DNA from: the human T2T-CHM13v2.0 reference genome, Homo sapiens
Reading direction: 5' to 3' (one strand)
Assembly: GCF_009914755.1 (NCBI RefSeq)
Contig: NC_060933.1
Length of the DNA: 64,000 bases
How positions within the stretch are numbered: the first letter of the stretch is position 1; each line of letters begins with the position of its first letter. The notes under the pieces were generated by a model. It was not told where the DNA came from. It made no database searches and saw only the letters and a program-made list of their open reading frames with translations. Shown here one piece after another: positions 55,310 through 64,000 of this stretch. Position numbers and translations under genes: made by a program.

Positions 55310-58198
55310 CTTGGGAGGAGAGTGGCTGGGTTTAAGCAATGACAGGTTTTTAACTGGACTTCAGATCCCTCTAATGGCAGAGACTGATATTTGAGAAGGT
55401 GATTATCTGTTAGCCAGAGACTTCACTTAGAGGACAACAGTCCTGCCACATTTTGTGGGGTATATAAAGTTAAATTATTTCCCATGGTTACTTGGTGGCC
55501 AGTGGCACCAGCAAAGCCACTGCTGCAACTGTTGGGAAGCAGGCTGGTGATCCTTTAACAACCAAATCAAGCTCCATGCTTAGGTAACCTACTAGCTGTT
55601 GAGCTTGACCTAGTGCTTGAGTTAAAATTCCCAGAGCCATTTCCTTCCTTCTTGACAGATAGTGACTGAATGCCTTCTCTATGGGAAGAGTAAGGCCTGG
55701 TGACTTAAGCAAGGCTTATTTTAACTGGTTAAAGGTTTTTTAAGCCTCAGGTTCCCAAGTCAAATTGTGAGTTTAGCTGCTTGAGTTTATTTTATGAGTT
55801 GATATAAAGGGTGATCTATCTCACACTACCCAGGTACTTATAGTCTGCAAAGTCTAGTAATGCCTAAGAATCCCTTCAGCTGTTTAAGGTTTTTGGTAAG
55901 GGAAAAGGAGGAAATAGGCCTAATATTTTTCTCACCTAGTGATCTGGTCTCTTCTGATAAGGCTAGACCTAGATACTTTACTGAAGTCTGGCAGAGCTGA
56001 GCCTTAGATTTTGAAACCCCACATCTCCTTTCAGCTAAGAAATTGAGGAAAGCCTCAGTGCCTTCCTGAGTCTTCCTCAGTTGGGGTACACAGGAGAATG
56101 TTATCTACATACTGCAAAGCTTCAACATGAGGGTGAGAAAAATCAGAGAGGAGGAATAAGCATGTCCAAAAGAACAGGGCCTCTCTTTGCAACTTTCTTC
56201 TGATATCAGGGGCTGCCTGAGTAATAAACTTGTCCTTTAAGATTAGATGTCATTCAGATGAATTGGAAGACAAGGCAGTTTGTTTCACTAAGGCTTCTCT
56301 CAGACTTTCTGAAAAGGCTGAGGGATTTTTATCTAGTTTTTGATCTATCATGGAAATCTTGGAGTAGTTAATAGGCTTGGCTCCAGTCTTTTGCAAGCCT
56401 TCCAATGTATACATTTAAAAGAGTTTTCTCCATTCTCCAATGCTATCATCATGGTCACATTTAGGGTCCTCCAAGGACACAGCTACTCTCCCAGTTGGAT
56501 AAGGCTCTTTCCCTTCCCTGGCACTTTGTATAAGACACAAAGTTCAAAGCTCTTTCCCTTCGCTGGCACTTTGTATGAGACACAAAGTTCATCTCCAATG
56601 CTCTCCATTGTTTGCAGGGATGCCTGTTTCTCAGCAGCAGTTAGGGTTTGATTTAAGAGTAACATAACATCCTTCCAGGACAGTTTAAATACTTGTGTTA
56701 AATCCTGGAAGTCCACTATATGTGAGTGAAGATGGGGTTTGCTCAAAGAAAACTTCAGGGTCTGAGGATTAATGGAGATCCAGCCTGCACTTGAAGAGAA
56801 TGCAAATTCAAAAATATGTTGTTACCCATCTGGAAAAGGATGAGAGAAAAAGCACCCCTTAGTCTCTTTTATCCTTTCAGAGTTACCCAGGGTGGAGGAA
56901 AACATAGAAAGGTTTACCCTTTCTCCTTTTTCCTCTGGTCTCCTCTGAGTTCCAGCAACTGTCATAAGTGCTGTCCACGGATGCAAGCATCACCTTCACC
57001 CATGGATCTAGAAGAGCTAGTTAGCAGTAGTAGTCATGCTTACCTGGGCAATGCCCTAGCGCTCCACTTGTCTCTGGGTCTCTCAGATCTACTCGACCCA
57101 AAAGGCTTCCAGGTTAGCCAAGAGGCCCAAGAGAAATTGTTCAGCAATTGGATTTGGTGAAGAAAATCCAATTTAATGAAGAAAGTGTCCTGACTCTATC
57201 CCTGGCTTCTCTTACTATGACCCTAGTGAAGCACTGAATTCCCAGAGAATGAGATGAATTGACTTCTAAGCATAAAATCCCCCTTTTGTTTAAATGCCAA
57301 TGTAGCTGGATGCAGAGGAGGTGTCTCAAAAGTACATAAGGATTAAACGTCTATCCTCCTTCCAATGGGGACAGTACTGGGCTAGAATTTGCCTCTCAAG
57401 GGAAGCTTCCTCCTGACTGTTGAAAGTGGAGTTTTTCTGTTTACAAATAGGGCATGGGGTCTGACCAGAGGGAATGGAGTTGAGGAAATAGAGGTTTGGG
57501 GCAAAGGACCAATAGGACCACCCACAGAGAAAAATCTCATTTCACTAGAAAGTGTGGGAGGGACTAAAATGTTAGGTAAAAACTCTGACTCCAAATTATT
57601 TTCAGGCAGAGGTTAAAAAAAGAGGTGTGGGGCTTGGTGGGCTGTCCTCACAGTAAGCCTTTTAGCAGGAAAGAAATGATTTGTCTCATAGAGGAACAGT
57701 TTTAATTCATTTGGCAGTGCTGTACTCTTACATGGAGGAAAACACAACCCAAATGGACAGTAGGATATTTACTTGGGATCAAATACTCTTCTATTCAGTG
57801 CCATGAATGACTATCACTGGGAGATTAAAAAAAGCCCTTACTAGGTGAAAGTTTAGGCTAAAACTTTTAAATACCCCTATCTCAAGAAAATCATAGAAGC
57901 AGCAATTATTTGAGTTACATTCCTGGTTACTAAGAAACTTTCTAAATGATCCCAAAAAGATTATCTCCACAGGCTGCAAAAACTCCCCCAACATAGCATA
58001 AAGAAGGGATAAGAGACATGATAGCCACAAAAAAGAAAAACAGAGAATGTGATAGGAAAGTCTGGAAATCCTGGTGCTGACACCTGATGGCTGTTGGAGA
58101 CCCGAATTAGTCCAGGGGCCTTCAGGTAACACTGAGGTGTGACCTCAGACAGATGCCTTCAGTTTCCCCAGGACCTCCTTCTAACCCCACGTGAAGGA
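55310..58198 (-). mobile_element. LTR-less class I ERV internal fragment (leader, gag, partial pol), HUERS-P3-like
   Basis: gag LTQVFKLSWKDVMLLLNQTLTAAEKQA. RT QYVDNILLC at ~56090-56115. Connection domain ALGILTQ...VGYLS.ELDLV. No LTR at either end. Confidence 0.8.
56504..56591. repeat. 45-bp in-frame tandem duplication within ERV gag
   Basis: GCTCTTTCCCTTC(C/G)CTGGCACTTTGTAT(A/G)AGACACAAAGTTCA x2. Confidence 0.92.
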
Positions 58199-58399
58199 CC
58201 TGTCTTAACTTCTGTTGTTTTCTTTCTCCTGTCTCAATAGAGCATACAATTTACATCATCAAACCTATTTTACATATTTTTCTTTATAAAGTAGAACTAG
58301 TAATAAGACTATATACATGAGAAGCTGCAAATCCCATTGTAAACTATTTAAGCTCAAAACCTAAGTCTGAAATACATTTTCTGTCATGTTCTTCAATGC

Positions 58400-59850
58400 A
58401 CTTTTTAAATTTAATTTTTATTTAGAGAAAGTAAAAGTAGCTTATATCAGTGTATATTTCTGCGAGTTTTTATAAACACCTACAATTGTCTAATCACCAC
58501 ATACTCAAGATGAAAAAAAGAAAACCTACACCACATCAAAGAAATTTAGTCTTGAAGCCACTTTATACAGTCAGCTCTTCCCACTTTTCCACATACACAA
58601 CCAACTTTGGGAATGACTCATCTATTTCTTTTCATAAAAATTTGCCTTTTACAAAATGTCATATAAATGGAACGCTGCCTTTTGAATCCTGCTTTCTTTA
58701 CTTCACATAATACATTTGAGATTAATCCACATGTTGCATCTATTAGTAGTATTTTTTTACTGCTAAGCAGCATTCATTGTATAATGAACATATCATTGAT
58801 TGCACACTCATTTACCAGCTAAACAACATTTACATTCTGATTATTGGTTATTAAAAAATAAAGCCAGTATAAATATTTACATATAGATATTTGTGGTTGC
58901 ATAAGTTTTCATTTATCTAAACACCCAAGAGTGGATTACTTGGTCATAACATAAACATGAATGTTTGAATATCTAAGACATTCTTAATACGTTTTCCAAA
59001 GTGGTTGTAGCATCATATAAGAATACCAGTTACTTTGAATCCTTACCAGCATTTGAAGTTTTCACTGTAGTCATAAGTAACATTGTTCTGATGACTAATT
59101 ATGTTAAACATGTTTACATGTGCTTAGTAGCCATATATATTTACTTTAGTAAAGTATCTGTTCAATTTCTTGCCCTTTTATAATGAACTTGCTATTTTGC
59201 TATTATTGAGTTTTAAGAATTTTTATATACACACACACACACACACACACACGTAAACCAAAAAGAAAATATACATATTTATTCTTTTTCTTCTTTTTCT
59301 GGATTAAAGTCCTTGGTTATAATAATAATTTGGAAACATTTTCTCCAGTATTTGCTTCCATGATCTTTATAGTGCCTTTCACAGAGCAGGAGAATTTAAA
59401 TTTCATGAAGTCAAATTTATTAATATATTATTTTATAAAAATTATTATTTTCTAAGATACTCCATTATGCTTTTGGTGTAGTATATAATAAATATTTCCT
59501 GGTACAATATCATAAAAATATTTCTTTAACTTTTTTTCTATAAGTTAGTTTTAACTTCTTTATTTAGATTATTCATTTCATGTTAACTTTTATGTAAAAG
59601 ATATGACTTAAGTTTAATTTATTTACAGGTGTGTTCAATTATTCCAGGAAAATTTCTTTTTAAGACTATAATTACTTTATAGAATAGCCAAAATTTAATT
59701 AACCATTTAAGTATTAGTATAATTCTATAGTCTCTATTCTGTTCTACTTATCCAAGTATCAGTCTTTTCTCTAATATCAAACTCTGTTGATTGCTCTAGA
59801 TTAGTATTGAGTCTTGAAATCAGATATTGCAAGTCCTTGTATTTCCTAAT
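58400..59850 (-). mobile_element. Old L1ME/MC remnant with (CA)n at ~59229-59252
   Basis: Degenerate antisense L1 3' region (CATATAAATGGAA, TTTGAGATTAATCCACATG, GTATCTGTTCAATTTCTTGCCC). Confidence 0.6.
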
Positions 59851-59869
59851 ACACTTGTATTTCCTAATT

Positions 59870-62068
59870 TTTTTTGTTTTCCTAATTTTTAATTTTTGGG
59901 GGTACATAATAGGTATATATATTTATGCGATACATGAGATATTTTTATGCAGGCATACAATGTGTAATGGCCATATCCTGTTAAATGGGATATCCAGTAC
60001 CTCAAGCTTTTATCATTTATTTATGTAATGAACATTCCAATTATAATCTTATTTTTTAAAATGTTGTACTATAAATTATTGTTCACTGTGTTAACCCTTT
60101 TATGCTATCAAATACTAGATCTCATTCACTTTATCTAACTATATTTTTATACCCATTACCTATCCCTTCTTCCAACACCCACTACTCTTCCTAGCCTTTA
60201 GTAACTGTCATTCTATATCTCCATGAGTTAAATTGTTTTAATTTTTAGCTCCCACAAATGAGTAAGAACATATGAAATGTATCTTGATTTTACTTAAAAC
60301 AATGTCCTCTAGTTCCATCCACATTGTTGTGGATGACAGCATCTTGTTTGTTTTCATGGCTGAATAGTACAGCACTGTGTATATATATCACATTATTTTT
60401 ATCCATTAATCTGTTGATGGACACTTAGGTTGTTTTCAAATCTTGAATATTTTGAATAGTGCTACCAAAAAACATGAGAGTGTAAATATCCCATTGATAT
60501 ATCGATTTTTCATCTTTTGAGTATATACCTAGCAATAGGATTGCTGAAATATATGGTAGTTCTATTTTCAGTTTTTCAATGAGCATCCATGCTACTCTCC
60601 ATGGTGATTGTACTGATTCACATTCCCACCAACAGTGTATAAGGGTTCCCTTTTCTCCACATCATCAGCAGCATTTGTTGTTGCTTGTCTTTGAATAAAA
60701 GCCATTTTAACTGGATGAGGTAATGAAACGCCTTTGCAAAAATTATAAGTGAGGAAATTACGACAGTGAACATAATCAGACTTAACTGACTCCATCTTGC
60801 TTCTAATCTTTAAGGTGTCCTTGTTTATTCCTGGGCATAGACCAAACTAACCTTGGGAAGAAATTTAGTTTATGGTTTGACTCTGAAACAATATTGATTA
60901 ATAACCCTTTCCAGAAAAGACCTTCTGCCTTGGGACCAGTCTGCCTTTGTAGGACTAACAAATTAGCTACAAGAGTAGAAATTATGGTAAAGGGGTTATG
61001 TAGCCTCTGGATGCAAGAGTCTGAAGCTCCCCAAACTGCTCCTGGGGATAATATCATTATTGTAAAACCTAGAATCAATGCTTAAGATATTTTGCAAACA
61101 CTGCACTCGGTGCATCAGCTGACTCCACCTAGACCCATAATCTGGCTCAAACCAGTTCTGCAATTCCACCCAGGAACAGAAGACGGCAAGAAAAGCTCAC
61201 TCTGGCCCTGCTATGATTCCATCTCCAACCTGACCAATCAGCATTCCTCGCTTCCCAAGCCCCTACCCACCAAATTATCTTTTAAAAACTTCAATCCCCA
61301 AATGCTCCAGAAGACTGATTTGAGTAATAGTAAAACTCCAGTCTGCTACACAGCTGGCTCTGTGAATTACTCTTTCTCCATTGCAATTCCCCTGTCCCGA
61401 TAAACTGGTTCTGTCTAGGCAGCAGGCAAGGTGAACCCATGGGGCAATTATAGTGATACCTCATTGTAGTTTTGATTTGCATTTCTTTGATAATCAATAA
61501 TGTTGAGCATACTTTCATATATCTGTTTACCCTATGCATATCTTCTTTTGAGACATGTCTATAGAGAAATGCTCATTTCTTAGGTTAGATTATTAGTTAT
61601 TTTTGTATTGAGCTGTCTGAGCTTCCTATATATTCCGGTTATTAATCCCTTTTAAGATGAGTAGTTTTCAAATATTTTTTACATTCTGTTGGTTGACTCT
61701 TCACTTTGTTGATTGTTTCCTTTGCTGTGCAGGAGCTTTTTCAACTTAGGGTGATCCCATTTGTCTATTATTGCTTTCGCTGTCTGTGTTTTTAAGGTAT
61801 TACTCAAAAAACATTTGTCCAAATAAATGTCTTAGAGAGTTTCTCCAATGATTTCTTTTAGTAGTTTCATAGTTTGAAGTCTTAGATTTAAGTCTTTAAT
61901 ATATTTTGATTAGAGTTTTGATTAGGGGTATAGTTTCATTCATATATATATGGATGTCCAGTTTTTCCAGCACCATTTTTTGAAGAGACTACTATTTCCC
62001 AAATGTATGTTTGTGGTACCTTTGTTGAAAATTAGTTCATTGTAGATGTATGGATATGTTTCTGTGTT
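59870..62068 (-). mobile_element. L1MA-type LINE 3' portion split by LTR8
   Basis: TTTTTAATTTTTGGGGGTACATAATAGGTATATATATTTATG 3' end, similar to the element at 1755. Resumes after the LTR. Confidence 0.85.
60724..61452 (+). mobile_element. LTR8-family ERV1 solo LTR
   Basis: Starts TGAAACGCCTTTGCAAAAATTATAA and ends GGCAAGGTGAACCCATGGGGCAATTATA. Imperfect TSD GTAA / GTGA. Confidence 0.85.
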
Positions 62069-63550
62069 TCTGGCCTCGTACCTCATCTACCCAGTCCCTG
62101 TACAGTGTCCCTGACCTGTGGTGAGTAAAAAATGTCACTTTCTAACAGGCCCAGGATCCTCATGTTTTTAGGACCTCAAGAAGAGAGGAATTTACCCAAC
62201 TCATAGGTGTTTGAGGGTACAAACTCATGGCTGGGCTCGACTTTAAAAAGGTCTGTTATAAGATTCCTTGTGGAACAGAGTTCCTTCAAAGACAATTTGA
62301 AAATCATATGAAAAATAATTATTTTTGCTGAACTTTATTTTGCAAACAACTCAGTCTTATAATTTGTTTTTAACAAAAATGAGGACTAAAGAGGGAAAAA
62401 TTATATTTCAAAACATGTTATTAAATTCTGTTCTCATTAGTTATTTTTAAGTTTTTTTCCTACATTTTAGACTATTCCTGCTTATTCCTTTGAATCAACT
62501 AGTGATTTCCTCCTGCTGCTCAGAAGAAACAAAAAAGGATGTGTAGTGAAAACAACAACGACAACAATAAAACTGGATCAATATTCTAGTACTGGTTAAT
62601 TATCTTGCAAATCGTGCCAGGTAATAGGAGTAAATATGATACCCATAACCCAGACGTTTTTTGGGGGGAAAATAAAACCAATGGAGATAACCAAAGCCAA
62701 GCCCATGCACCCAAATCTTAACAGACATAACTACAATCATCAGTTATCCAACTGTGTCAGCAGCCTCGGAATTTTTAAAACGTCATTAACCCCAGTCTTG
62801 TTTTAACACATGTTCTCTTATAACCTAAATTGTTTCTTTTTGCCTAGAGCCTATCATGCTCCAAATAGTGATACAAATAGAACCACGCATGGATGTGCTC
62901 TTCTTAAGAGGACCCTTAGATTGATCACAGGAGAAATCCCAGCTGCTGTCCCCCATATGATGCCCTCTCCAGCATGAAGTAGTCTGAACGATCAATGCAC
63001 AATGTCCCTACTCGCACTTAGGGTTTTCATTCCTGGGAAATGGGGAATGGCGGAGGGTGGAGGCGGGGAACAAAACAGTTGACAGACAGTTAAGACAGGT
63101 TCTTGGTAGAATTCTTTTAAACATAGAAACAGCCTGAAAAATCAAGCTGCAGCTGCACAGATAAGGGAGCAAAACCAAACATAGAAATACCTTTGTTCTT
63201 TGTGTAATCAGCCGGCTCCCGGAAAAAAATTTCCTCCTCTTCTACAGACACGTACAGACACGTACATGGTGGGCTTCCTGGGAACTTCCATGAGAGGGAG
63301 GCATGCTGAGACGTGCCTGAAGCTGCACAGATAAGGGCAGTTACACAGATAGGAAAAATTTCTTATAAAAACCTTTGCATTCGACTGTAAAAACGGAAAC
63401 CTTCTGGGGCCTCCTCTCCACTGCAGAGAGTTTTGTTCTTTTGCTTATAAAACTTTCACTCTAACCTCACCCTTGGTGTCCATGCTTCTTAATTTTCTTG
63501 CTCATGAGACAAAGAGCACAAATAACACCTCAGACAATGAGACTGCTTCA
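62069..63550 (+). mobile_element. ERV1 3' internal region with PPT and 3' LTR (~63048-63550, LTR9-like)
   Basis: MER4-group internal sequence, homologous in opposite orientation to ~18500-18860. Purine tract GGGAAATGGGGAA. LTR contains CAGCCTGAAAAATCAAGCTGCA and ends ACTGCTTCA. Confidence 0.7.
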
Positions 63551-63596
63551 TTGATCCTAGACGGCTTCAATATCAAAAAGATAATAAAATAAAACA

Positions 63597-63998
<402 letters not shown>

Positions 63999-64000
63999 AA

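Overview
This is primate (human-like), AT-rich, gene-poor DNA made almost entirely of interspersed repeats: L1PA/L1PB/L1M LINEs, Alus, MaLR and ERV1 LTRs, DNA-transposon fossils, a MER61-type provirus and a two-LTR HERV-K(HML-5)/LTR22 provirus. The long ORFs in the track are decayed L1 ORF2, ERV gag/pol/env or antisense repeat readings. I recognise no intact cellular protein-coding gene and find no support for a genuinely new biological system. The most notable structures are: (1) a 5'-inverted L1PA carrying a ~166-bp 3' transduction, nested inside an older L1MA that is also 5'-inverted; (2) the same ORF2-killing A-run lesion in two separate L1PA copies 33 kb apart; (3) a provirus inserted into the leader of another ERV, giving two Phe PBSs and asymmetric LTRs; (4) two opposite-strand ERV halves that may reflect an inversion; (5) a candidate pair of terminal exons at ~9.1-9.55 kb; (6) a TGCCAA (NFI half-site) cluster in unique DNA at ~52 kb. 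Subfamily names come from recalled consensus sequences, not a RepeatMasker run. Boundaries without a stated TSD are approximate.
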